From: Candidatus Saccharimonadota bacterium
Lineage (GTDB): Bacteria > Patescibacteriota > Saccharimonadia > Saccharimonadales > Saccharimonadaceae
DNA: 32,000 nt
NCBI GenBank assembly: GCA_000503915.1
Contig: CP006915.1
Span: 630,001-662,000, forward strand
Reading direction: 5' to 3'
How positions within the stretch are numbered: position 1 is the stretch's first letter; each line of letters begins with the position of its first letter. The notes beneath the pieces were generated by a model, which saw nothing but the letters and a program-made list of their open reading frames with translations, was not told the DNA's origin and made no database searches. This document shows, piece by piece, positions 8,791-16,773 of the stretch. The position numbers and the translations under genes were made by a program.

Positions 8791-10269
8791 CTAGCGTGTC
8801 GGGTTTTTGTAGAGGTAAAAGCGGTCGCCGGCTTCGGTTGTCTTGGCGATCAGGATGTCGGCGGGCGCTTTAGCGACACTAGTATGCAGTCCTCGTTCGA
8901 TGATGGTGATATCGCTTCCTGTGGTGCTCACTTCAGATGAAACCGTCAGCCGCTTGATGTTACGCTGATGTGTGGCGAAGGCACGATACAATGGCTGGTC
9001 GGATTCCTTGACGACAAGGTGTACGGTTGCGTTAGGATCAAGTGTACGCAGTTTCTTCGAGAGTAGGCCAAGGTCAAAATTATACTGTGTGTAGACGCTA
9101 TGGTCATAGTGATAGCCGTAGGCGTAGTGGTCGATACCGGAGCCGACCAGGCCGATTACCAGTACGGCGAGCGGTACCAAACCAAATACGCGTGCATATG
9201 GATTCTTCGGAAAGAGACGATACCACGACCAAATGAGATAATCGATCCCGAGTGCGACCAGTAGGATGACGGGTATGAAAGTAATATTGATATAGCTCGG
9301 GTTTAGGAATACGAGCGGCAGCAAAAAGATAAGCCAAAAGCTGATGATGTAGCTTTTGGTCGTATACTTCGTCGTAAACATCCGATAAAGACCGAGCATA
9401 ATGAGCAGAAACGTGCCGAACCCATACGCCGGCAGCACAACATCGGCGTTCGAGGGCGCAGCGAAGCTGGCATACTGCGACAGTAGGATCTTGGCGTTTT
9501 CACCGACGACCCCCCAGTCGTGCGGGATACCGAGTAGTTGCAATAGAAGATCGGAAGTATTAATAGTGCCAATGATAAGGGGCGAAATAATGACGAGAAA
9601 CAGTATGCCGCCAATCGCGAGAATGGGGCGCGAAGCTTTATGGAGTAGCGTATGGCGGGCATGAGGGTGGATCAAGGCAGTAATAATGAGGGCGATCAGT
9701 ACGTAAATATTGAGCGGTAAGTACAGTCCGATACCAGCGAGGATAAAGCCGCCAATTACCCAGATATGAGCTAGGGCGCCACGCTGTGCGATAAGCGAAG
9801 CTGCTACCAAGATCCAGACCGTCAGGAAGATATAGCTGATACCTGGCTGTCCACTTTGGGCAGCTAGGAGGAACTGCGTTGTTGTGACAGCGATCAGGCA
9901 AGCAATTACGGCGACATTGCGCTTGAACCAAAGATTAACCAGGTAAAGAATACCGAGGGCTGAGAAAAACGCCAAGATGAGCGACGGGAGCTTAATACTC
10001 ACGGACGAGAAGCCAAATACGGCGATGCTGGCAGCCTGGAGTAGTCGGTACGGTAAAAAGAGTAACTCTTGCGGCGCTAGACTAAAGAGATGAGCTGGGT
10101 TCAGCCCATCACTGATCAGCGCCGAGTGAATCTCACTACTCGGTAGACCGCCGGGGATGTACAAGCCAGCCAACCAGAGTAACAGCGCCAGAATGATGGC
10201 GAACAGGCCGTAGCCCAGCACATAGCGCCAGCGGTAAAGGAACATTTCTGTAAGCTTTTGTTTCACCAT
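8791..10269 (-). CDS. Polytopic membrane protein, ArnT/PMT-like (GT-C fold) glycosyltransferase candidate
   Basis: About 12 predicted TM helices followed by a ~100-aa soluble C-terminus, an architecture typical of GT39/GT83-type enzymes. No catalytic motif verified by eye. Confidence 0.4.
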   Translation of the reverse strand: MVKQKLTEMFLYRWRYVLGYGLFAIILALLLWLAGLYIPGGLPSSEIHSALISDGLNPAHLFSLAPQELLFLPYRLLQAASIAVFGFSSVSIKLPSLILAFFSALGILYLVNLWFKRNVAVIACLIAVTTTQFLLAAQSGQPGISYIFLTVWILVAASLIAQRGALAHIWVIGGFILAGIGLYLPLNIYVLIALIITALIHPHARHTLLHKASRPILAIGGILFLVIISPLIIGTINTSDLLLQLLGIPHDWGVVGENAKILLSQYASFAAPSNADVVLPAYGFGTFLLIMLGLYRMFTTKYTTKSYIISFWLIFLLPLVFLNPSYINITFIPVILLVALGIDYLIWSWYRLFPKNPYARVFGLVPLAVLVIGLVGSGIDHYAYGYHYDHSVYTQYNFDLGLLSKKLRTLDPNATVHLVVKESDQPLYRAFATHQRNIKRLTVSSEVSTTGSDITIIERGLHTSVAKAPADILIAKTTEAGDRFYLYKNPTR

Positions 10270-10296
10270 AAGGGTACTTAAATTATAGCATGAGCA

Positions 10297-11649
10297 TTAG
10301 GAGCCATGTTTTTTGTCGAGTGACATAAAGCGCAACCGCTCCGGGTGGAAGTAGAGGCCGACTTCGCCGGTTGGGCCGTTTCGGTGCTTGGCAATGATTA
10401 GCTTGGTGATATTCTGCACCTCAGGATTGTCCGGCTCGTAGTAGCCAGGACGATAGATAAAACTAACGATGTCGGCGTCCTGCTCGATGCTTCCCGACTC
10501 GCGTAGGTCGGAAAGCTGCGGAATCTGCGGTGAACGTGACTCAACGGTACGCGACAGCTGTGATAGTGCAATCAACGGTACGTTCAGCTCACGGGCAATC
10601 AGCTTCAAACCGCGGGAAATCTCACTGACCTCTTGGACGCGATTGCCGTCAGAACGACCGGAGGCTTGCATGAGTTGCAAGTAGTCAACGATGATAAGCC
10701 CGAGTGGATGCTCGTGCGATACGCGGCGTGCTTTGGTGCGCATTTCAAGCACGGTGAGACCAGGCGTATCATCGATAAAGATCGGTGCTTCCGCTAGCTC
10801 GCCCATGGCGTCGGATAGTTTCGAAAAGTCATCATCGCTCAAGTTTCCGGTGCGAATATTCCAGGCATCGACGCCGGACGCATCGGACAGCATGCGATCA
10901 ACCAACTGCTCTTTGCTCATCTCGAGACTAAAGAAAAGCACCGGCTGCTTGGCAATCGTCGCCACATTGTACGCTAAGTTCGTTACCAGTGTCGTTTTAC
11001 CCATCGCTGGACGTGCGGCCAGGATAATTAGGTCACTCCGCTGCAACCCAGCAGTCATAGTGTCGAGGTCGCGGTAGCCGGTGCGGATGCCGCGCAGCTG
11101 ACCTTTGTTACGGTGAAGCTCCTCCATGCGGTCAAAACTATCTGTGAGTATACTCTCCAGGCTGACGACATCCTGCTTGAGTGATTGGTCGCTGACCGAA
11201 AACAGTTCAGCCTCGGCCTTTTCGAGTAATTCCTGGGTGGTCGTCTCTTCGTCGTAGCCGAGCTCTGAGATATCGCCGCTGGCTTTGATCAACCGGCGTC
11301 TAACGGCCTTTTGTGCGACAAGTTCGGCGTAGGCCGCGGCGTGCGCGGCGGTCGGTACGTAGGTTGTCAACTCACTTAAGTAGGCTGAGCCGCCGACAGT
11401 CTCGAGCTCTTTCTTTCGTTTCAGTTCATCGGTCAATGTCAACAGGTCGACTGGTCGGTGCTTTTCATAGAGACGCATCATGGCAGCGTAGATAAGGCCG
11501 TGCCGTTTGTCATAAAAATCTTTTTCCGTCACAAACTCAGAGGCGTCTGCGAGGACTTCATCATCAATCAAAATCGCTCCAAGCAGGCTCTTCTCGGCGT
11601 CTAAACTCTGTGGGGGCACTTTGCCCGCGGATATTTCTTTCGTAGCCAT
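10297..11649 (-). CDS. dnaB: Replicative DNA helicase DnaB
   Basis: PPQSLDAEKSLLGAIL N-terminal motif. Walker A ARPAMGKT. Also FSLEMS, IIVDYLQLM and the SGSIEQDADIV RecA-like motifs. No intein. Confidence 0.95.
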   Translation of the reverse strand: MATKEISAGKVPPQSLDAEKSLLGAILIDDEVLADASEFVTEKDFYDKRHGLIYAAMMRLYEKHRPVDLLTLTDELKRKKELETVGGSAYLSELTTYVPTAAHAAAYAELVAQKAVRRRLIKASGDISELGYDEETTTQELLEKAEAELFSVSDQSLKQDVVSLESILTDSFDRMEELHRNKGQLRGIRTGYRDLDTMTAGLQRSDLIILAARPAMGKTTLVTNLAYNVATIAKQPVLFFSLEMSKEQLVDRMLSDASGVDAWNIRTGNLSDDDFSKLSDAMGELAEAPIFIDDTPGLTVLEMRTKARRVSHEHPLGLIIVDYLQLMQASGRSDGNRVQEVSEISRGLKLIARELNVPLIALSQLSRTVESRSPQIPQLSDLRESGSIEQDADIVSFIYRPGYYEPDNPEVQNITKLIIAKHRNGPTGEVGLYFHPERLRFMSLDKKHGS

Positions 11650-11669
11650 GGGTAACCTCTCGCGGCGCC

Positions 11670-13100
11670 TTATTCGACGCTCACATCTTCTCCACCCCCC
11701 ATAATAGCAGCAACCTTCGCTGCCTGGCTATCTTTTAATGGTGCAGCCGTACCTTTTGTGACGATTTCCAGAGGTGAAAAGCCAACTGCGTCGATTGAAT
11801 CGTTAAGCAACACTCGATATCTGCTGTCATCGAGTTTCTTTTTGTAAAACGGACTTTTGGTGTAGAGAAGCAACGTTTCGCCGTCGAGTACCGCCTCACA
11901 TTTTGTGAGTACACTGTGAAGCGCGACGTGGCGTGAGCGGACGTATTCGAGTAGTTTCTGCCATTCGAACGGCTGGGCGTTTTTCGGGGACTTCTTTTTT
12001 GGTGGCGTAGCCGCGACAGAGTCGGAAGCCTTATCATCCTTCGACTTATCGGCGGACGCAGTCGGTTTTACTTTAGAAACTGTTGTCACCGGCTTTGGCA
12101 CAGAAATGGGAGTGTCTGCGATCGGTACGTCGACTGTTTGGGGTACACTGAATAGACTCAAGGTAGTAAGGAGTTTTAATTCAGGATAGCCGGAGCGGCT
12201 GACGTCGAGTAGCCGGTCGAGTAAAATGGCTAAACCAGGCTGAGCTGGCAGTTCGCTGCGGATACGCGCATGGAGCTGTTGGACGATGGTGCGAGCCGAT
12301 GTACCACGTGAGCTGATCTCGTCCATAAGATCGGTGACGGTCTGTATGTCGCCAGCAAGGGTCGCCCGGAGTAGCTGGTCGATCTTTTCGTCGTCCGCGA
12401 GGCCGAGTGAATGAAGAACGGCAGTCTTTGATAGAGACTCACCAGAGGTAATGCTGGCTGCGAGCTGGTCGAACAGGCTCACGCTGTCACGGAAACTGCC
12501 GTCGCTATGGTGAGCAATCAACTCCAGGGCAGCATCATCGATATTAATCTTTTCTTTTTTGGCGATAGAGCGCAGGTTTTTGACAAGGTCGGCGATTGAA
12601 GCGCGGCGAAATGTATGACGCTGGGTGCGACTAAGAATTGTCGCTGGCACTTTGTCGAGGTCAGTAGTGGCAAGGATAAAAACAACGTGCTCGGGTGGTT
12701 CCTCGAGAGTTTTAAGAAGTGCATTAAAGGCCGGCTTTGAGAGCATGTGTACTTCATCGATGATGTAGACTTTTTTCTTAGCACTGACCGGAGCAATTTG
12801 TACGCGGTCACGTAAGTCGCGAATGTCCTCGACCCCATTATTACTCGCTGCGTCGATCTCGATGATATCAAGGTGCGACGTATCGTCTTTGTAGGGTAGG
12901 TTATTGATCTCATGGGCTAATATGCGCGCAATCGACGTTTTACCAGTGCCTTTCGGGCCAGTAAACAAATAGGCATGGGCAATCTTTCCCTGCTTTATTG
13001 CATTTGTAAGTAGCTCAGTGACTTGCGGTTGCCCGACAATATCAGCCAAAGAACGACTGCGGTATTTACGATATAGTGCAACTCCCATTTCCTTCTCCAT
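11670..13100 (-). CDS. dnaX: DNA polymerase III subunit gamma/tau
   Basis: LYRKYRSRSLADIVGQ, Walker A GPKGTGKTS, the box VYIIDEVHMLS and sensor LATTDLDKVPATILSRTQ. The start could instead be the ATG 12 nt downstream. Confidence 0.9.
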   Translation of the reverse strand: MEKEMGVALYRKYRSRSLADIVGQPQVTELLTNAIKQGKIAHAYLFTGPKGTGKTSIARILAHEINNLPYKDDTSHLDIIEIDAASNNGVEDIRDLRDRVQIAPVSAKKKVYIIDEVHMLSKPAFNALLKTLEEPPEHVVFILATTDLDKVPATILSRTQRHTFRRASIADLVKNLRSIAKKEKINIDDAALELIAHHSDGSFRDSVSLFDQLAASITSGESLSKTAVLHSLGLADDEKIDQLLRATLAGDIQTVTDLMDEISSRGTSARTIVQQLHARIRSELPAQPGLAILLDRLLDVSRSGYPELKLLTTLSLFSVPQTVDVPIADTPISVPKPVTTVSKVKPTASADKSKDDKASDSVAATPPKKKSPKNAQPFEWQKLLEYVRSRHVALHSVLTKCEAVLDGETLLLYTKSPFYKKKLDDSRYRVLLNDSIDAVGFSPLEIVTKGTAAPLKDSQAAKVAAIMGGGEDVSVE

Positions 13101-13155
13101 TGTACGCTACTTCGGGCGGAAAATCGTTGTACTTTAACTTGGTAAAATTGAAGCG

Positions 13156-13731
13156 CTAGACCGTGCCGCCTTCGCGAATGTAACAGCGGCCGCAGAGGGA
13201 GTCATACTCGACTTTATCTTTGCCGTCGATCGCCACTTGATCACCTTCAAAAACGTATTTGCCATTCACCTTTCGGGTATTGAACTCAGCTTGAGAACCA
13301 CAAAAGCACATCGTCGGGAGCTTTTCGATATTGTCGGCCACTTCAAACAGACGTTCGCTGCCTGGAAACAATTCCGTACGGAAATCCGCACGCAGACCAT
13401 AGCAGATAACGGAAATACCATGTTGTTTGGCGATCCGGAATAATTGGCTGATTTGGTCGCGGGTGAGAAACTGCGCTTCATCGACGAGCACAACGGCCGC
13501 ATTCTTGGTTTTTAAAATTTCCGTTTCGAGGTTCGTAGTCTGATCGGCCAGGATGTTGGCACTGCGCTTGTGTCCGCCGCGAGCAACTATTAGGTCATCT
13601 CCCTTGGTGTCAATTTTCGGTTTGACGACGATAACCTTTAGTCCGCGCTCCTCGTAGTTGAATGCTGTTTTAATCAGCGTATCACTCTTACCACTATTCA
13701 TCGCCCCGTATTTGAAATGTATTTTAGCCAT
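13156..13731 (-). CDS. tdk: Thymidine kinase
   Basis: P-loop GAMNSGKS, VLVDEAQF and the C-terminal zinc ribbon CFCGSQAEF...SLCGRC. ATG at 13731 preferred over the adjacent GTG. A TATACT box at 13745-13740 lies 8 nt upstream, so the mRNA may be leaderless. Confidence 0.9.
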   Translation of the reverse strand: MAKIHFKYGAMNSGKSDTLIKTAFNYEERGLKVIVVKPKIDTKGDDLIVARGGHKRSANILADQTTNLETEILKTKNAAVVLVDEAQFLTRDQISQLFRIAKQHGISVICYGLRADFRTELFPGSERLFEVADNIEKLPTMCFCGSQAEFNTRKVNGKYVFEGDQVAIDGKDKVEYDSLCGRCYIREGGTV

Positions 13732-13828
13732 CACAATTTAGTATAACCCGATGAGGCGAGAGATAAAACGTGTTTACATGTTTTTCCGAGCGAGGACGGG
13801 TTATATTAATTCGCAAGGATTGATATAG

Positions 13829-13898
13829 CAAAAGAAAAGAGCCACCGCGTAGCTCCAGCCGGTCAGATCATCGATGTCTGGCGCGGCGAGTGCGGTGG
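13829..13898 (-). terminator. Terminator-like hairpin after the small ORF
   Basis: On the minus strand, CCACCGC (13898-13892) pairs with GCGGTGG (13848-13842) around a 43-nt partly self-paired insert. It is followed by CUCUUUUCUUUUGC. The stem is long and irregular, so confidence is low. Confidence 0.3.
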
Positions 13899-13901
13899 AC
13901 T

Positions 13902-14036
13902 TTACTTCATGCCGGATATCCCCTGTAGAAGCAAGATGAAGGCTATCAAGAGTCCTATCGCTGCAATAACTACAGAAACGACGATAGCGATACCGGCAAT
14001 CAGGTGTGTAGTCTCCTCTCTAATGCATAAACGCAT
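13902..14036 (-). CDS. Small single-TM membrane protein (44 aa), below the ORF-track cutoff
   Basis: aAGGAGGtgatggagATG. Translates to MRLCIREETTHLIAGIAIVVSVVIAAIGLLIAFILLLQGISGMK*, with one 27-residue hydrophobic span. It has its own promoter-like and terminator-like elements. Confidence 0.45.
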   Translation of the reverse strand: MRLCIREETTHLIAGIAIVVSVVIAAIGLLIAFILLLQGISGMK

Positions 14037-14078
14037 CTCCATCACCTCCTTCAGGTGTTCAGAAGAAGACTGCGTGAA

Positions 14079-14107
14079 ACTATAACATACTATATGTATA
14101 CTGACAA
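14079..14107 (-). promoter_or_regulatory. Sigma70-like promoter for the small ORF
   Basis: Minus strand TTGTCA (14107-14102), 17-nt spacer, TATAGT (14084-14079). About 40 nt upstream of the SD and ATG. Confidence 0.4.
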
Positions 14108-14125
14108 TTGTAGCGACTGATGTGC

Positions 14126-14641
14126 TTACAATGCCGCTTCAACCGCTGCCCAGGTAGCGTCGGGATTGTCGGTCGGGATGATGATTGTCACCTGGTCGCC
14201 GGCATTGATACGGAAGTAAGTCACGCTAGCAAGCAGGATACGGTATTCTTTACCGTTTGCTTCGACGTAGTAGGCGCCGTCGTGCTGTACGAGCGTACCG
14301 ATGACCTGCGTGCGATCGATAGGACCGATCTGCTTATAGACGAAGCTGCCGTCGTCGGCGATGGTGAGCTTCAAGATATCACCTTCGACTAACTTTGACT
14401 TTGAAGCATAGTTTGCAGGCACGGGGTATTCTTTGCCATCGGGGCCAGCCATTTTTTGGCCGTCAAAGATGCCTTCGATGACTTTGCCACTGACATCCTC
14501 GCGGCTCGAAGATGGCGTGACGACGTGACCGTCATCGCCGATGATGCTAATCAGCAGCTCCTTGGCGGCGGCAATATTGGTTTCGGCTTCGGTGATGAGC
14601 GCCCGAAGGCGTTTCACCTGTTTCTCTGGTAGGTCAGACAT
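14126..14641 (-). CDS. Hypothetical protein: N-terminal helix plus two tandem ~50-aa beta-rich repeats
   Basis: Start taken at the ATG at 14641 (MSDLPEKQVKRLRAL...). The internal repeat is VI-x13/15-GKEY-x14-GD-x(L/V)x(L/I)xI: VIEGIFDGQKMAGPDGKEYPVPANYASKSKLVEGDILKLTI versus VIGTLVQHDGAYYVEANGKEYRILLASVTYFRINAGDQVTIII. No family recognised. Confidence 0.6.
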   Translation of the reverse strand: MSDLPEKQVKRLRALITEAETNIAAAKELLISIIGDDGHVVTPSSSREDVSGKVIEGIFDGQKMAGPDGKEYPVPANYASKSKLVEGDILKLTIADDGSFVYKQIGPIDRTQVIGTLVQHDGAYYVEANGKEYRILLASVTYFRINAGDQVTIIIPTDNPDATWAAVEAAL

Positions 14642-14691
14642 AATTTTCTCGCAGTTTCCTTTGTCTGTTTTAGGCGGTAGTATCACCCTAT

Positions 14692-14720
14692 TATATACCA
14701 ATTTTTGCGTTACTCGTCAA
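14692..14720 (-). promoter_or_regulatory. Near-consensus sigma70 promoter of the 14641 gene
   Basis: Minus strand TTGACG (14720-14715), 17-nt spacer, TATATA (14697-14692) with an upstream TGg (extended -10). Confidence 0.5.
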
Positions 14721-14779
14721 TATGTGATTTTTCCACAAAGATTTATGAGGTGACGGTGAAAGCGTTGTGAATTTTGTCC

Positions 14780-14814
14780 AAAAAAATACCCCCCGGATGG
14801 GGAGGTAGTTTTTT
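14780..14814 (-). terminator. Rho-independent terminator downstream of rplL (bidirectional shape)
   Basis: A7-TACCCCCC-GGAT-GGGGAGGTA-GT6. The stem is 8 bp with one bulge and a 4-nt loop. On the minus strand it is followed by U7, 43 nt after the rplL stop. Confidence 0.6.
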
Positions 14815-14849
14815 CGTTGATAACAAACGGTCGAATAGATTGGTTGAGA

Positions 14850-15233
14850 CTAGCTAAGCTCGACAGTAGCGCCGGCTTCTTCGAGGCTTTTCTTAGCCGC
14901 TTCAGCTTCTTCTTTGTTGACCTTTTCCTTGACTGGAGCAGGAGCGCCGTCAACGATAGCCTTTGCTTCACCAAGACCAAGGCCGGTGATTTCCTTAACA
15001 GCCTTGATAACTGCGACTTTCTGAGCACCTGCATCCTTAAGGGTGACGGTGAACTCAGTCTTTTCGTCAGCAGCATCTGCGCCAGCGTCGCCGCCAGCAG
15101 CTGGGCCAGCAACCGCTACAGCAGCAGCGGCAGGCTCAATGCCGTATTCATCTTTAAGAACATTTTTCAGTTCGTTTACTTCGAGAACGGTGAGCTTGGT
15201 CAGCTCTTCCGCCAGTTTTTTTACATCAGCCAT
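14850..15233 (-). CDS. rplL: 50S ribosomal protein L7/L12
   Basis: [18 protein letters not shown], an Ala/Gly-rich hinge, and the C-terminal [27 protein letters not shown]...[20 protein letters not shown]. Confidence 0.95.
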   Translation of the reverse strand: MADVKKLAEELTKLTVLEVNELKNVLKDEYGIEPAAAAVAVAGPAAGGDAGADAADEKTEFTVTLKDAGAQKVAVIKAVKEITGLGLGEAKAIVDGAPAPVKEKVNKEEAEAAKKSLEEAGATVELS

Positions 15234-15360
15234 AATATTTCGCCCAAGGGCTTATGAGACAAACCTACGGTTTTTCTCATCGCGCCGAGCGCCGGAATGA
15301 ATCCGTCGTCTCGGGCTGCTCTTTTCCCTTGGTCTCCTTTCGTAGACTTAGATTATTAAT

Positions 15361-15885
15361 TTAACTTGTAGCTTTAGCTTCAACGCCATCAAGTAGCGCG
15401 TGCAGATTGCCAGATAGTGCATTCGTGGTGTCGTGCACCGGTGAAAGCAACTGGGCAACGACTTCGGCGATAAGCTGGTTTTTGCTTGGCAAGCCGGCTA
15501 GAGCCTTTACGTCGTCGGCACTGAGCACCAGACCTTCGTCAGAGAAGCCACCGACAAACTGAAGTTCGGGGTGATTCTTGGCGAATTTATCGAGTACCTG
15601 GGCCGGGGCAACTTCGTCTTCATTGCTGATCGCGTAGACCAACTGGCCTTGCAACATGGAAGTATCGGTTTCCTTGTAGGTATCGATACTATTCATTGCG
15701 ACGCGAACTAAGCGGTTTTTAGTGACAGTGATCGACACGCCAGCTTCTCGTGCCAGAGCACGGAGTTCCTGCATGTCAGCCACGCTCAATCCTTGGTACT
15801 GGGCGAAGACGGTGAGTTTCGCGCTCGAAAGCACGTCATTCATCTGCGAAACTAAAGCTTGTTTTTTATCGCGGGTAATTGCCAT
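15361..15885 (-). CDS. rplJ: 50S ribosomal protein L10
   Basis: MAITRDKKQALVSQMNDVLSSAKLTVFAQYQGLSVADMQELRALAREAGV...VTKNRL. AAAGGA SD 5 nt upstream. Confidence 0.95.
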   Translation of the reverse strand: MAITRDKKQALVSQMNDVLSSAKLTVFAQYQGLSVADMQELRALAREAGVSITVTKNRLVRVAMNSIDTYKETDTSMLQGQLVYAISNEDEVAPAQVLDKFAKNHPELQFVGGFSDEGLVLSADDVKALAGLPSKNQLIAEVVAQLLSPVHDTTNALSGNLHALLDGVEAKATS

Positions 15886-16050
15886 AAAAATCCTTTACTT
15901 TAGTGTTTTATGATTCGACCGTGTTGTTAACGTACGAGCTGAATTGCCACTGGAAGTGGCTCATCGGTGCGTCACAGCTGAATCCTAAGTATTTCAACCT
16001 TGGTGGCAGATTAAGCGGAGTTCTCCGCGGCCACTGTCTCTGGTGACGTC
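15886..16050 (-). promoter_or_regulatory. Long structured 5' leader of rplJ (candidate L10-leader-type autoregulatory element)
   Basis: About 165 nt between the predicted promoter and the rplJ ATG. Local hairpins include GCGGA-GAAC-UCCGC, GUGGC...GCCAC and GCCAC-UUCCA-GUGGC. The Rfam family was not verified. Confidence 0.3.
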
Positions 16051-16056
16051 TGGTAT

Positions 16057-16085
16057 AGTATACACGATTAAGTCCGTAAAAACAA
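16057..16085 (-). promoter_or_regulatory. Putative rplJL promoter
   Basis: Minus strand TTGTTT (16085-16080), 17-nt spacer, TATACT (16062-16057). Back-to-back with the plus-strand promoter at 16095. Confidence 0.4.
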
Positions 16086-16094
16086 GATAAGGTA

Positions 16095-16123
16095 TTGACG
16101 CATATGCTTTATTGAGGTATAAT
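16095..16123 (+). promoter_or_regulatory. Consensus sigma70 promoter
   Basis: TTGACG (16095-16100), exactly 17 nt, then TATAAT (16118-16123). The ORF start codon GTG at 16132 is only 8 nt past the -10 box. Confidence 0.6.
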
Positions 16124-16131
16124 ATACAGTT

Positions 16132-16770
16132 GTGTTAAGAATTGAACAAGGATTTAGCCCGTCAGTCTATGAACCGATTGATACGAATCTGGCCGGCTAT
16201 ACCTCTCATCATCGTCTTCTTATGCCGGCTCTCGTGGCGGCAGATATGCGGGCTTACCGGCATTTGAGTCCCTTGGAGCGGCTCAACCAAGTCGTCCATA
16301 GTATGAGCCGTAGCGCTACACTAGCTATGGAGTTATACGATATTCCCAATGCACCGCACGATAAAGCCTGGAGAACCTTGAAGAACGCGAATATTGATAT
16401 GTCGGCAGTACCGAACAATAGTTGGCGACTTGCTCGACGAGCCGATCAGCATAGCGCCTATCCAGGGCACGTCATATGGACGGCGACCAGGACGCTCTCA
16501 CACCTGAAAGATGGCGAGGAGGATTCAGAGGATGATCCTTTACGTCTTCGTGAGCGCTATACGTTTACATCGAGCGAAAAAGTTACCGAGGAGAATATGC
16601 TTGAGCTCCTTGAGACTGGTGATGCGTCTCGTGAGATTATTATCGCCACGGCGACGGTATATGCGCTTAATAAGGCGATTCCAAAAGCTAGTCTGCCGCA
16701 GGAGCCGATTGATATCTCGCGTTATCCGATGACGCACAGTGCTATAAGGGCGCACCGTACGACACACTAG
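16132..16770 (+). CDS. Hypothetical protein (212 aa), no recognisable family
   Basis: The only long ORF in a 640-nt gap between rplJ and tmk, on the opposite strand to both. Driven by a consensus promoter. GTG start with no SD. The first in-frame ATG is at 16222. Confidence 0.5.
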   Translation: MLRIEQGFSPSVYEPIDTNLAGYTSHHRLLMPALVAADMRAYRHLSPLERLNQVVHSMSRSATLAMELYDIPNAPHDKAWRTLKNANIDMSAVPNNSWRLARRADQHSAYPGHVIWTATRTLSHLKDGEEDSEDDPLRLRERYTFTSSEKVTEENMLELLETGDASREIIIATATVYALNKAIPKASLPQEPIDISRYPMTHSAIRAHRTTH

Positions 16771-16773
16771 TCT

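Noticed and set aside
11994-12000. An A AAA AAG heptamer, in the same zero-frame phasing as the E. coli dnaX -1 frameshift site, lies in the linker after the conserved gamma-like part of DnaX (PPKKKSPK).
   Set aside because: It lies in a Lys-rich stretch where such heptamers arise by chance. There is no upstream SD-like stimulator. Only a weak 4-bp hairpin lies downstream. The -1 frame runs 33 more codons before a stop rather than terminating promptly. This is not enough to claim programmed frameshifting.
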